Below, piece after piece: positions 26,057 through 39,900 of a DNA stretch of 64,000 nt. A program made the position numbers and the translations under genes. Positions within the stretch are counted from its first letter, which is position 1, and each line of letters starts with the position of its first letter. The DNA comes from Lama guanicoe (Eukaryota). The notes beneath the pieces are model-generated. The model was not told the origin of the DNA, did no database searches, and saw nothing but the letters and a program-made list of their open reading frames with translations. The stretch spans positions 13,208,325-13,272,324 of the forward strand of contig MU057356.1 in the NCBI GenBank assembly GCA_013239625.1, given 5' to 3'.

Positions 26057-29000
26057 TGTAGTGTGTTTTTGTTTCTGTATATCACTATAATACCAGGCAG
26101 TTGTCCATCCTGGAATCACAGTGGGTTTGGTGTGCTAGAGAACTTGAATATTTTCTTACATTTTTGATCATATAAATGCAAACAAAGATGGACAAGGCTA
26201 TATAAAGTAACATCTGTGCTTAGAATTGCACTTGTTTAATAATAATGTGTTATATCACTTAAAAATATGTTAAAGTGCCATTTTTATTTCACCCATAAAT
26301 ATCTTAATGAAAAGAAAATCCAGGAGTAATTATATGAATTCTGCACATAAGACTTGCTATTTGTTTTATACTGTTAGCTATTTAATACTACAACTATTTG
26401 TACAATGGTCAAAACATTAGAAATAATTAGCCTAAATGTGTTTAAACCTCAGCAGAAAACACTTGTGCACTAAAAGATCTAAATATTTAATGAGATTTTT
26501 TAAAGCCACAATTATACCTTTTTATAGAAAAGGAACTTTACCTCTGAGACCTCAAAAAGACTGTTTATTATATAAAGAAAGAGACTTTTATACTTTTAAT
26601 GTATAATTTAATAAGAATTGTACCATTGCAATCTTAAAATCTACAGCTTGAGAAGGAAAACATAAAAGTCATGTCGGAATAATATTTTAGAAGGGTAGCA
26701 CCTATGTATTTTTTAGGATAATGTCCAAAGTATATAGAAGGCAGAAATCTTATTCAGACTGTTTTAGTTTATTGAATTTTCTGTGCCTTGAAAATCATAG
26801 CACANNNNNNNNNNNNNNNNNNNNNNNNNNNNNNNNNNNNNNNNNNNNNNNNNNNNNNNNNNNNNNNNNNNNNNNNNNNNNNNNNNNNNNNNNNNNNNNN
26901 NNNNNNNNNNNNNNNNNNNNNNNNNNNNNNNNNNNNGTTGGCAGGAAGTTTAAAACATAAGACTATTCTCTAATCATCTAAAGCCTAAGGTACTTTGGTG
27001 GAAAAAATGCTGTAATAATCGCTCTACTACNNNNNNNNNNNNNNNNNNNNNNNNNNNNNNNNNNNNNNNNNNNNNNNNNNNNNNNNNNNNNNNNNNNNNN
27101 NNNNNNNNNNNNNNNNNNNNNNNNNNNNNNNNNNNNNNNNNNNNNNNNNNNNNNNNNNNNNNNNNNNNNNNNNNNNNNNNNNNNNNNNNNNNNNNNNNNN
27201 NNNNNNNNNNNNNNNNNNNNNNNNNNNNNNNNNNTTCACACAAATGTTTAATGTAAGATCTGACAATGTAATATTGCTGATACCATCAAACCTCACAATT
27301 ATAGAGAGTCAGAGTATCCTGTTATACTCTGAAATTTAGGTAATCCACAGACACGGGGAAAGACTAGGTGCTCGTCAGTACTTTCCACAAAACACTTTTT
27401 GTGAAATAGGCGAGGTGTGAAATGAATGAAAGAAGGAATTTGCCGATGGAGATAAAATTTCCCGTTCAAAGATGGCTAGGGCTTCACTTTCAGGTAATAT
27501 TCTATCTTATGTCATGACACTTATTCAGACGCTTACTTGCTTAGAGGCTTTCAAAGTTAAGGGGAAAAAAGACATAAACCAAGTGGCAAGAAATAATTTC
27601 TATTAAGATTTTATCTTGAGAGTAAGCATAAAGGACTGGAAAGCAGTAGAGTAGGGGGCTTATTTTCTTTAACCTAAAGCAGAGATTGTAGGTATACCCC
27701 TGTGTACATGTGATGTTCTACATATATGGAAATATCAACGTTTTTTTTTTTAGTAGAAGCTAAGTCTATAGTGTTATGCTGCCTAATAACATCAGGAAAA
27801 TTTGTGGCATGTGAAATTCAATTATTTTTTTAAATAAGTAAGTCCCTTTTTTCCATTGCATAATTAAATTGAGTTAACTGGAAAACTGGGGAAACCCGTA
27901 TGGGTGAATGCAAAGCTTCCCATGTGTCTTCCCCACATCCATTCCAGTCTTTGCCTCCTCCAACCTGAGTGATCTTGGTAAAATATGAATCCAATGAAAT
28001 TAGTCTCCTCCCGTTGCTTTTAGTGTAAAGATGGCAGGGAATTGTCAACTGTAACGTGTACTAGCATTTCTTTTCTAAAATTTGTGATAACTTGGGGTCC
28101 TGGAAAGGTCTCATGAAGACTAAGATTGATATGATGCTGGAATCTAAAGATTTTTGATATTTGCAGCATCATGGGAGTCCTGTTATACACGAATGCTCCT
28201 TTCCTCAGAGGAATAACTTTTGATTGCTATTTCACCATTATTTCCCAAACTTCAGGATCTATCACCATGACACTATTAGGGAAAGAGTCAGCCTACCACT
28301 GTGATCTCTGTCCCTAACTAAGAGATGGTCACCTTCAGAGATCTCTCATGTCTTATGAAAAAAATCTCATGCCCCATCAATTTTAAAGTATCATAGTTTA
28401 ACTCTGCATCTTTGGCAATGACAGTAACAATTGGGTCTCATACATATGCAGTCATATATCTAAATTACTCAGATTCTACAAAACAGTTAAGGTCATAATG
28501 AAATGTTTTATGACAAAAAGGACAGATAGTGACCAATAGTCCAGTGCATATCTAAGGAATAACAGATGACAGATATAGTCCAGACAGTGCATTGTCTAAT
28601 CTTTGAGAACAAGCAAGGAGAAATAGTGACGACAGCAGCTTAATCTCAGACCTTTGCTGCCACTTCAGCAGAGAATCCAGAAAAATTTGCTTATTTCTGT
28701 TAAAGCCATCCTTCACTCTACATAGTTGAGCTTTTAATTCTTATGGGTTAAAATGAAAACGTCAGCAAAATAAATGTAGATGATTCCTTAGGGGTGTTGT
28801 AGAGTAACTTTCAGGTATATTGTCATATTTATAGCATAATTTATCCAATATCTATTATTAAATCTATCAGAATTCCTTTTGAGCTCTAAAGTCTGTGTCT
28901 AACATTTGTCCTTTTGTATGTGTTATATGTAATTTACCATTTCTTCCTGGAGTTTTCTATTGACTATAGAACTGTGATGTTCCCACACTCTGTATATTTT

Positions 29001-29149
29001 ATTGTGCATGGAGTGTCCCACACTACAATTTTCTAGTGATTCCACTTTTAGACTATCTCAGGACCTAGCATAAGGAGTCTCCTGAAGTCAAGTGTTTAAG
29101 TATTTATGAGTTGGATTTTCCTGATAAGCTGAGATTTCCTAAAAATACA

Positions 29150-29375
29150 GTTTTCTGTGGAAGAGAGAGCTAGTTGTCTGCCAGAGATTGCTGTGCTTCT
29201 TCCATGATGTAGAATTGTTGAGTCCCTGAATTACCTCTGGCCAAATGACACCCTTAAACAAGAAAAGTGGAATTTACAGGAGCAAAAAATAAACTTGGGT
29301 TAAGCCACGGAAATTTGTGTTAAACTACTGAGATTTTAGGGCTTATCTGTTGTAGTAGCTGGTGTAACTTTACCA
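29150..29375 (+). mobile_element. MLT1-like LTR fragment
   Basis: aaaaaataaactt...ttaagccac...gagattttagg...tgttgtagtagc terminus. Confidence 0.5.
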
Positions 29376-30449
29376 ACGTAATTTCTTACAATAAAAGTTA
29401 TTGAGGTGGAATATACAAATTTATAAAATCAGAATGACTTCCTTAGCTGAAAGGTCGTAACTAGACAGTCTCTGACTACTCCTGGCTAATGATCTCCTTA
29501 ACACAGAAAAACACTGACCTACCCTTATTTTTCTGTTAAATCTATTTCCAACTTCCTAAAATGTTTTCAGGGTCAAAATTCTTTTTATTGAAAATACAAT
29601 TTTTATACTTTTTCCTATGAGGAATTTTACTGAAAATATAGAAAGTTCGTAATAAGCAAATGTGTATCTTCCTGATTCATCCAGTGCCTCACAACATCCC
29701 ATAATTTCTCTGTGATTCTGTAATTAAAGATATAAGACAGAGGAATTAGATGAAAAGAATTCACAAGACAATCACATTCTAAAATATTCAAAATGAATAA
29801 TACTGCATTATCCACAAACAGCCTCAGTCTGTAGCTCTTTGCCCAATTTTTTTTTTCCCATCTGATGGCTGTGAATGTCAAACAATCAAATTAACATAGG
29901 ATTGTGCACTCATGGTCTAAAAGAAATTAGGTTGCTTCCTAAATTTTAGCTGCTGCCACAGTTTGTCAATTTAAATGAATGTGTATGTACATGTATGTGT
30001 GTATATGTGTGTGTGTGTCTGTATATTAACACTTGTTTCTTCAGAGATTTTTCAGTATATATTAGAGAAGAATATTTACAGACTAAGTTTTTAAAGCCTG
30101 TATTACTGACTCTTATATTTAACCCACTGTGTTTCATTATTAGACTTACTATTAGATGCTATATCTTCATTCCTGCATTTACAACCATGTTAATAAATTT
30201 TGGACACTGCTTGGTTTCACAGAACTTTTAATAAATGCTTATCCCATTTTTTCAGTAAACATCTCTCTTATTCCTATACCAGCACATGCATTTGTTTACC
30301 TTTTTATGTCTATACACAGATTGGAGGATACTCAAATTTCATGCTCTGTGACCTGAGAATAAGAACCAGGAGTAGATTTACACATTTTATTTACCACAAT
30401 CATGTCTGAAGTAGCATCTCCAGATGTGAATTTGAAGAGCAGAGAAGTG

Positions 30450-32075
30450 AGTTGCTATGTAACTGGCGTGACCAACAGTTGCCTTCCCCTTAGTGAGGTT
30501 GATTTGATTGAGTTGAGTAAGTCGTAGCCATCACTAGTAAGTTTGATTTCATTTTTATCTTCTCTGTATCAAATAAAAGGGTTTACTGGGAGTACCTCTT
30601 GGTGATTATGGTAAACCATATTAGTAATTCATTTTTAATTATGTTGTCTTCGTTAAGGTTTGATTTTTTTTTAAGGAAATAGATACATTTCAGCATGAGT
30701 TCATTTTCATACTTGCCCCTAGGCCATTTACTAAGAATTAGTGAAACATGTCAATTCATTATTTTGTCTACATGATGAACTTATGTACATGATGCCAACA
30801 GCCTTTCTTGACAAATGCTTCCAGTAGCTTGATCGACTGCCTGAAGTGTATTTTGGGATAGGGAAGACATAGCCACAGAGTAACTACAACTGGGACTTTG
30901 TTGTTTACTTAGCTTGTAATACTTTAAAATAACCTTTTAAAAGTTATGAAATACAACTCACATATAAAAGTTTATACAATATAAATACATACTAGAGTGA
31001 ATAATTATAAAATACAAATCCTTGTAACCACTACCCAATCCAAGAAACAGAATATTGCTTATGACCTTTATATTGCAATACATTTATGTATTTTTTCATA
31101 GACTCCTGTTTGGTTTCAGCTATCCTGTCTTATGGTCTATCATTGATATGTGCATTTTTGAAAGAAATTGGAAAGGTTTTATTAATTATAGAGTAATATT
31201 ATGTCTCCCTTTCTAAAGTAAAACAGAGAAGTTTTTGTTTCACTTTTGTTTTCAAAGGTATAAGTCAAGGATAAGTTTGTTGATTTTCTTATCCTTTTTA
31301 ATTTCTGTTGTAAGTATCTCATCTAAGTATTTCTGAAGTTAGAGAATATATAAGTCAGAAAAATAACATGAAATTCTACTCCACTCTAGTTCAGGGCTCG
31401 GATCACTATAGGAGATTGATGCTGTCTATTCCCTTTCTTAAATATATTTCCAGCACTCTTAGAAGACTTGCCAACCTAATTGTTTTTGCTACTTATTATG
31501 AACATGTTGCGTCTTTTCTCAAGGAACCATAATTATTACCTGTTAGCATGAGGATTTGATTTAAGCTGCTCATTTTTTATACTCGAAATAAACGAATCAG
31601 TCATGTCATTATGTACTGCTAAATTAATCTCTTGCTGCCCTTAGAAGGGAATAAAACTGTTCTCATCTGTTAATTACTCACATCACACTTACTATGGCAT
31701 TTCCTAACCATTGTCTTTCTGTGGTGCTATTTGGACTTTGCAAAAGTGCTGTGCAACTATTTCTCAGTGGGCTCCTTCTTAGCAGAGGGTAAAGTTAATT
31801 TGAGTTGAGTTAAGCATGTCACATCAGTCATTAGAAAGCAGATTTCATTTTATTTTCTCTGTTTCAAATACAAGGGTTATACTGCTTGTACAATTTGTGG
31901 TAAACTGGGATTGGTATGTTCCTTTACGGTTGTATTTTCCTTGTCAAGTGTTGATTTTAAGAAGATGGATAAAGTTTTAGATAAGTTCATCTTCATACCT
32001 GCATCCAGGCCATTTAGTAAAATTAGTGAAATATATAAATACATTTTTTTATTTCACCTTCACCATTTATGTGCT
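30450..32075 (+). repeat. Diverged direct repeat of ~330 bp (copies ~30450-30790 and ~31745-32075)
   Basis: Collinear blocks, e.g. agttcattttcatacttgcccctaggccatttactaagaattagtgaaa vs agttcatcttcatacctgcatccaggccatttagtaaaattagtgaaa. Confidence 0.85.
30925..31080 (-). mobile_element. L1ME 3'-end fragment
   Basis: cttgtaaccactacccaatccaagaaacagaatattgc. Confidence 0.6.
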
Positions 32076-32689
32076 TTTATAGAAAATATGCACAAACTAT
32101 TTAAGAAGTATACAGGAAAAGTAAACAAAAGCTCTAGTACATTTAAGTACAAAGTGGATGTATTTGATTTTGGATATACAGTTTGAGATTCATAGCACAT
32201 AGGAAAAAAATATTAGTTTGGAGCTCTGGATAAAGGTTGGGACTAGAAATCCATTTTTGGGATTTGCCTATTGACTAATAATCAAAGCCATGATTTTGAC
32301 TGATGTTTCTATCATATTAATAGGTATAGGTCTTACCTTAGCCTTCAACCCCCAACAAATTATTCTAGGCACTAAAAATAAGAGATGAAATTTTAACAAA
32401 ATAATAGGTTTAATGTGATACATATAGTGTTATAGGTCCTTGCTTTGGCCATGGCTAAAGGATTCAAATTGAATTATTTGGGGCTTAACTGCAGTCAGCA
32501 GTCTCATGCAGTTTATTCTTGTTTCAGCTTATGGCAGTTATATAAGGGTGTCTTTGCTTGGTTTACAATGTTCCACTCCAGTTTGTATTATTTCAATTAT
32601 TTAGAAATACATCTGTTGAATTCAGAATTCCAGAGAGCAGGAAAAACACATTATGATCATTAAAATATATTTTTTCTTCTATGCATCAT

Positions 32690-32895
32690 CCGTATTATTA
32701 TTGTGATTTGAATATCATCTGAGTTTTCTTATTTTATCTCCACAAATGCCCTGGGAGTGAAGTATAATATATATTATTAATCACTTTTGGTTTATGCAGA
32801 AACAGATGCTCAGAAACATAAAATGACATGGTCAAGATGATCCAGTTTAAGTTGAATTCAGGGATTCTGCGCTCAGGATTTATATTTTTGCCAGC
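32690..32895 (-). mobile_element. MIR SINE
   Basis: atctccacaaatgccctg...gaaacagatgctcagaaa...tgacatggtcaag. Confidence 0.6.
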
Positions 32896-34514
32896 AAGAG
32901 TTTATTTTTTACATCATCTTGAGAGATGTTCTCAGTTGTATTAGTTGACTGTTGAAGGTTTCATTAGTTATACGACTTTTTTAAAGATATATTTCAAGAA
33001 TTATCAATCTGTTTCACATCTGAGGAAGTAATGGTAGAAAAATGTTTGACCAGCTCAAGGTCAGTGTATTCAGAGGGAGTAGTTGTTGGCACACTCAAAT
33101 TTTGGTTTTTAGGCTACAGAGAATGATGGAGATTGTGTTTTTAAATCTAGAAATATGCTGTGCATTGTAGTTCACTATAAAATGGGTGTTAGACCAAGTC
33201 GAAAGGGAAATTTATGTGTGGAAGCATCCTTATTTTTAGAAATGCATATTAATCTTTCACTAAAACATAACTAAAATTATAATAGTTCAGTTAGCTGTGT
33301 TTTTATGTTTTAAATGTTGCAAAAAGAAAAATATCAAGTAGGTTAGGTTATCAAAGCATAACCTTTCAAAAAGATATAATGTAATCCAAAAAGTCCCAAA
33401 GGTACTTTAAATTGGGGTTCTTTGTAAAGTGTGCCATTTGGTTATACAGAAATTAAACAAAGAAATCAATTGTCATTATTAGAGCAGAGCTTACTCTAAA
33501 TTAATGGTGTATGCTGTTAATGAACCATTGCTGCAAAACTAACAGAGCCAGAGAAGTAAATGCTATTCCCAGCACTGTACATATTCCCCTAACAATCAAG
33601 TAGTCTAGTACCCAACCATGAAAGTTGTATTGATTTGGGCAGTTTTTGAAACAGTAAATGAAAGAGTCAGTGTCTTCCAGAGGGGAAAAATGATGTGATT
33701 AAGTAAAGTCATTTTATTTTCAATTTTCACAAAATATATCTCAGACTGCAGAGAGCATGAAAAGTACATCTTAACATAATTGTATGGCTCAGGAAAGCAG
33801 CCAAGGAAAAACTTTATGTTCAGGTAGCAAAATAAACATCATAATTATGAGTTGTGTAGGATACATTCATCAAAACTTCACTGTGATTTTAAAACTTTCA
33901 ATTATCTTTATCTAATTTTGGTAAATGGCACACATTTGACACTGAAATTGTTTTCAATATTTAATCATAAATGAAGATCATTCATTTTTGAAAAGAATAC
34001 TCCCTTTTGAACCAATGGCACACATTTCAAAGGATAACATTCAGGAGAATGTTCCAGTATAAGTAGAAGCTGTGGCTTCCCTCATTTAATCGCTAACGTT
34101 TTGAGCTGCATCTTTTCCCTATGTGTTAGTAGTTAAAGCAGGATCCTTGTGTCTTTTCTCATGTGTGTTTGTACCTGGTTGTGGTGTTGATAGTGGTGGT
34201 GGAGACAGTCCTGGGTTGTTGACTGTAGAGGAGCTTGAGGCTGCATAAAGTAGGTTACCAAGTATAGCTTTTATGACTTCTTTTGAAGTCGATCCAAGAT
34301 AGCATCCTCCTTCTCACCTCAAAATCCCCAACATATCAGACTGTCCAGTGAGATCCACTACAAGCTGTTTTCACACTGTTTTTATTAACACAGAGGGAGC
34401 AACCATAGCCATTTTCCAGAAAGGATTGAATTTTGAGAAATATCTATTAATATTGACTCTAAAACTACATTCTTCAAAAAAGAAAAAACTTGGAATTTCT
34501 GAGGGAAATTAACT

Positions 34515-35237
34515 CAGTGGTTGTTGATCTTATCAGACACAATACTTTATTTTAAAAAATTGGGGAATGCACTTTACTATCCTGCAATGAAAAGCACAAA
34601 TATTATAACCTACCTGCACACTCAGTTAAAATATTGATAGAACATCCTTTTTTTTAGATCATCTTAATTGTAGTAGAAAGGAGAAATGGTGGAAAGTGAT
34701 TCATAGTCAAATATTTTAATATATATGTAAATGCTTATGTATCTTTACACCAGAAGCTCCGGTGAAGCAGTGGGATTCTCACACCAATGTGCAGAATTGC
34801 TATGACAGTGACAGCTGTGCATGTGGACTGCTATGACACCACCAGTACCACAACACAGTATTCTGAATTGGTGGACTATTCTTGGTAAACTTGCAGACAA
34901 AACAAAATACAGCCTTCCTTTAATTTACATGGGAGCTGTATTTGTGGAAAAATCAATGCATTTTAAAACTCTGCAGAAATACTGTGCATTTATATAAAAC
35001 ACAGTTGGTATCTCCAGGTGCAGAAAATTTTAAACAAGATTTTTACCCATGTGACTGTCCAGCAGGACATTCAAACTTGTATGGAGACTTGGAACAGGAT
35101 TTGATTATGCAGTTGTCTCCATGTGTCAGATGTCAAGCATCCACAGACCCTGGTTTCCAAAAAATTCTAGTACCATCCACCATCATGGAGCAAACCAAAA
35201 GTGCCCTTACATGTTTGTATAATTTGAGAGAACTGTT
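34515..35237. mobile_element. hAT-Charlie DNA transposon, MER20B-like
   Basis: Termini cagtggttgttgatcttatcagac ... tttgagagaactg; internal tactatcctgcaatgaaa. Confidence 0.6.
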
Positions 35238-35544
35238 TTTTCTTTTAATTTTAGGTACTGATATGCCTTATTTTATTAGTTATTAAGACATTGTTGATGC
35301 TGGATCATTCATGATATTTTGATCCAAACTTTACATGTAAGGGAAATTAAGGCCAGAGGGAGTAATTATGCATTTTCAAAATATTAAAACAGAACATTTA
35401 GCAAAATGATATAAAAGCACCAACAACATATCTACCAAAACAGTTATTTGGCAGAGTAAGTAGAGAATTATAAAGAAACAGATCAGGCAACACAACACCC
35501 TGGCAATAATTTTTATTTTTCAACCATGTGTTTTGGCATCATGT

Positions 35545-35760
35545 GTTGGCCTAGTAATAAGCCCAAAGCAGCACCGGGCTGGCTCCAGTCCCAGCTCTGT
35601 CACAGATTAGTTATGGTACTTGGATAAGTCACTTACCCTCTGTCTGTGCACTTTTCTCATCTGCAATATAAAATGATGCTCACTCCATCTACCTCACTAC
35701 CAGGACACTGTACTACCACGTGTGAAAATATAATATTTAGGAATGCCTCTTGTTAGGTCT
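35545..35760 (+). mobile_element. MIR SINE
   Basis: agtcccagctctgtcac...cttggataagtcacttaccctctg...ctcatctgcaa. Confidence 0.8.
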
Positions 35761-35976
35761 CCATTTATTATGTGCTCTATTTACCTTTATTACCATTTTG
35801 GTTTGAAAAAGGTATTGCAGGCTTCATACAGTTGAAAGAAATGAAACAGTTAAGGATGTTTGAATGTGTGCTATGAAATGATCTACCTAGAGGTTAGTGA
35901 GTAGTTAATCTGAGGAGTCTGTATCTATATACAGTATGTGGATGTGTGTAAATATCTGTAAATATATTGGATACAC

Positions 35977-36410
35977 AATGTTTCTTAGCTCCTTGGTTCT
36001 CAGAGTACAGTTTGGGCGCTCCTCTGGGTCCTTATCACTCTTTCAGGATGTCTCCAAGGTCAAATATTCCTCATAATAGTGCTAAGACCTGGTTTGCCTT
36101 TCTGTTCCTTCTCTGGGAGTGTGTGGTAGCATTTTCCAGAGGCCCCATGATGTTGTAGGGATTTAGATATAGAAGCAGATGGGAAGATCTGTCTGTCTCT
36201 CTTCAGCATCATGAGTTGCAAAATGTAAAACAATGTCACTCTCCTCACTAAATTTATATCTATATCTGAAAAATATCTTTCTTTTAATTTCTAATGCAGT
36301 AAACATCAGTAAATACAATACACATAAACAAAAGTTTTTTGGGGGTCCTTAATTCTCTTAATTTTTAAGAAGTGAAGTATTCCTGAGACTAAAAAGTTTG
36401 AGAACCACTA
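35977..36410. mobile_element. Charlie4a-like hAT DNA transposon
   Basis: aggtcaaa...cataatagtgctaagac; terminus cctgagactaaaaagtttgagaaccacta. Confidence 0.75.
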
Positions 36411-36924
36411 TTTTAGATTATATTCAAATTCTCTCCTCATTAAAGAACTGGCAGAATTGTTTTTCTATAGGGAGTGTCTATTTCCTGACTGTGTTTGAAG
36501 CTTCATCATCATAGACCTCGTTCTGCGATCTCTTTAGGTTCTTTGTGAGTCATTTTGATCTGTGTGGGAACAGTTGCTTCTTCATAACAGAATTGTTATA
36601 GCAAATGCAAAAATATTTCAGCCCTTCTTTCTGTAAATGCTGTCTTCTCTGATGGCAGTCTGCATTATTCTGGTCTACATAATCTGCAAAATGCCCAAAC
36701 TTGCCTCCTCTCTATCTGCCCTGATGTAACATACAGCTCATGCTGCCTCCTTAAGAGTTGCAAAGAAGCTGCAGATGGATTTTAGAATCATTGACTTGTT
36801 GGCATAAAGGAAATCACTTTCAGGGATGTACAAACTGCAGTAATGGCACTGCTCTGCAGAAATAATTGGGTTTATAGGCTTCTTACATGTAAGTGCCTAC
36901 CACATTCTTGGCTGCTGCAAACCA

Positions 36925-36938
36925 GTGACTCAGCATTT
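36925..36938 (+). promoter_or_regulatory. Consensus NF-E2/NRF2-MAF element (ARE)
   Basis: GTGACTCAGCATTT matches RTGACTCAGCAwww; motif match only, function untested. Confidence 0.3.
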
Positions 36939-39900
36939 CACTCTGTGACTGTGTTGCATAGTCTGTGAAGTCTAGTATGAAATGTAGAAAGCACCTTATG
37001 GATGCAAGGACAGATTATAAATCAAGTTTCTTTTCTTTTCCCTTTTTATTCACCTATTTTCCTTTAAACAGGGCTTATCTTGAAAGCTAGAGTGTTTTGG
37101 TACATTTTAGTCAAGTCCCTGGGTAGCTGCTATATACTTGGAATAATATTAATATCTACCTACTGCACAGCTGATAGTGTTCTTTGCAGTGGACCTAATC
37201 CTACTTAAGCAAACAGAACTGTATTGTCCAGATTGTGTAATAATTATTTCCATCATTTTTTTTTGGCACCACCTCCCAAGTCCTCACATTAGGAGGTGCT
37301 GACATTTTTTTTATAACTTATTTGGCCCAATGAAGGAGGATGTTGTCAGTCCCCAACTTTGAATAATTTACATATACAAAGAGGTAACAGAGACTTCATA
37401 TGGGAGGCACTGCCCCAGGCTGCTGAGGAGGGGGCTCCCCGTGCCTTTCACCCCAGTTGAAGATGCTTAAATAAGAAATAACTTAAATATTTCCTATATG
37501 CTGTTTCAGAGAGATCCAGGGCCCTGTAGAGCCCCAATCAGATGTTCTGAAATCTCTTAAGTCAAGGGAACCCTGCTCACTACAGTCCTAATTTTGAGAT
37601 TCACAGAGGATGTCCCACATTAAAAATCCTCAAAATCCCAGAGGACAGAACTCTGCTTAACTATATTTAGCCAACTCTTCTTCAACTTCATTAACCACAG
37701 AAACCTTTTACAAAAGAACACATGTGAACAAATCCTAGGACACCATTTGGGAAATATAGACCAAGAGGAAATCCAGCTCTTAAGTAGTTATGGAGAATTA
37801 CCACACTCTTGATACGCACAAGTGTCCATCTTGCCTTCTTCTCATACCCATTATTCTAAGTACCAACAAACAGATTGATCTTGTGTCCTTAGCTGGAGGA
37901 CTGAGTAGTTTTCCTGATAAGTGCTGTGATATTCACATGGATATGCCTGGCCAAACTACTTAGGACTGTACTGTAAATGTGTGATGCATTTTGTGGATTG
38001 TTACAGAAGAGCTTTTCTGGATTGTAAATATCTACTTAATGTTAAATGGTTAAAGGTAACCATTTAGCAAATTGGGAACTGATGGTACTAATTTTTTACC
38101 TTAAGTTTTGGAAAGTCAGTATAACTTTGACATATATTTAAGAGCAAAGGAAATATTTTAGCAAAAGGAAGGGACAATTTAGGATGAAAGGAAAAATGAA
38201 CCTTCCAATGCACTACTGAATTTGGGTCACAAATGGCATGCTTCCTTATATAGAAGGGCCAATCATCATCCACAAATATTTCTTGAAAAATATCTAGCTG
38301 TGTAATACTCAGTTCATTTTTCAGGGGCAAGTCTGTATGACGGAATATATCCATGTGAACATAGATAGCTTGTAGTACTCAGGAAAACATGCATTCATTT
38401 ATTGTTAGTTTTCTCTTCCACATCTCCCACTACCAAAACTGGAACCTGAGAGCAATTAAATGTCAAGAGAATAGATGTGTGAAAATGCTGACTGAATGTA
38501 GAACTGATATTACATTTTAAATATATCTGCACTGCCAAGTCTCCCCTGGAATGCAGCTAGTATTAACTAAAAGAAATGGTACTGCAGAATTAACTTCAAA
38601 AAGTAGACTTAAAAAAAAATCTTTTGGAGGCTTGTCTGCCCAAGTGATTCCACGGGACTAACATCCCAAACAGTTCAGCTATCTTAGTGATGACTCTTCT
38701 GGGGCAGTCCTATCAGTTATGTGAAACTGCATATTTTTTATACAAAACCAACTTCAGAATTCTTCAACAGTCTATTATCATCGGGCAAAAGGTCTAAGTT
38801 TCTAAGGAGCCAGGGAGAAAACAATAACCTTGTTATAGTGAATGGAAAAAATGAACCCACTAATCCTCATGTTGGGGCAAGAATTCAGCAGTTTGGAATA
38901 GTTGAGCTTGGTTACATCTCTTCGTGGACACGCTTGGTGCTTTCTCTCTGCGTGCTCAACTTTAAAAGGGACATCAATATTTTATTTGAGTCCACTGGAA
39001 AATAACTAAAAAAAAGAATAAATCACTTAGCAAAAAGCATAAAAATAATGTTTTATAAACTTTTGAAGCCTGTTTTCTCTTTCTTTTTCCATTCCTTTCT
39101 TCTTTTTCCTTAGTGGTAGGTTTGAAGATATTTACTCTGGGAATTCTAGTGGCATTAATTTTCATCACCATATAATCAACTGATGTACAAAAAATATTTG
39201 CTCATGATAACATTTTAAAGTACTTTCTCTAGTGATGGTACTAGGGAACTACTTTCTGCATACATTTTCACAGATGTTCATTTGCTTTAATTTCTTTGAC
39301 AAGTTGTAGTTCCCTGTTAATTGGATATAAGCACTTAATGGGTATATAACTAGATTACCTGGACCAGATTCTTATAATCCAGTATTATCTGGGGAGCTTC
39401 CTACAAATGCTGTTCCTGGTTCTGCAGCCTCAGCACCTCAGGGATTCCGTACAGAAATGGTCTCTTACTCCAAGTCTTCATACAGGACAGGTTTGCAGTG
39501 AGCATGCCTTAATGCTTATTTTACTTATGCTTTCCTTTTCAGAGACACTGCAAGGCTTGAATTCATTTATAATGGCTTGATCAGCTTCTTTGCAGGGAAA
39601 AAAAAATCCCCTTTTACATATACCCGATAGACTCAAAATGGAGCACCTACATGAGTCCTGCCATTTAAAAGGAACTCCTTAGATATTTGGAAAGATCACT
39701 GCAAGAAAATAAGTATCTTTGTTTCATGAAAACATCTTGAACTACTTTACTATGCTTTTGGGTCATGAAAACTCCAAACATATTTTGTCAAACATTTGTT
39801 CTTCAACTTTGAAACCCATGTGGATAGCCAGGGAAAAGCAATCTGTATGTTTCTAATTAATTTACTCTTAACTCATCAGAATGTTGTTTTCTAAGAGCTA

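Noticed and set aside
30772-30844. Possible C/D snoRNA (ATGATGA ... CTGA, ~73 nt)
   Set aside because: Terminal stem is poor, no recognisable guide, and the boxes are absent from the paralogous copy.
33924-34027. 14-bp direct repeat aatggcacacattt, period 90
   Set aside because: Too short and isolated to interpret.
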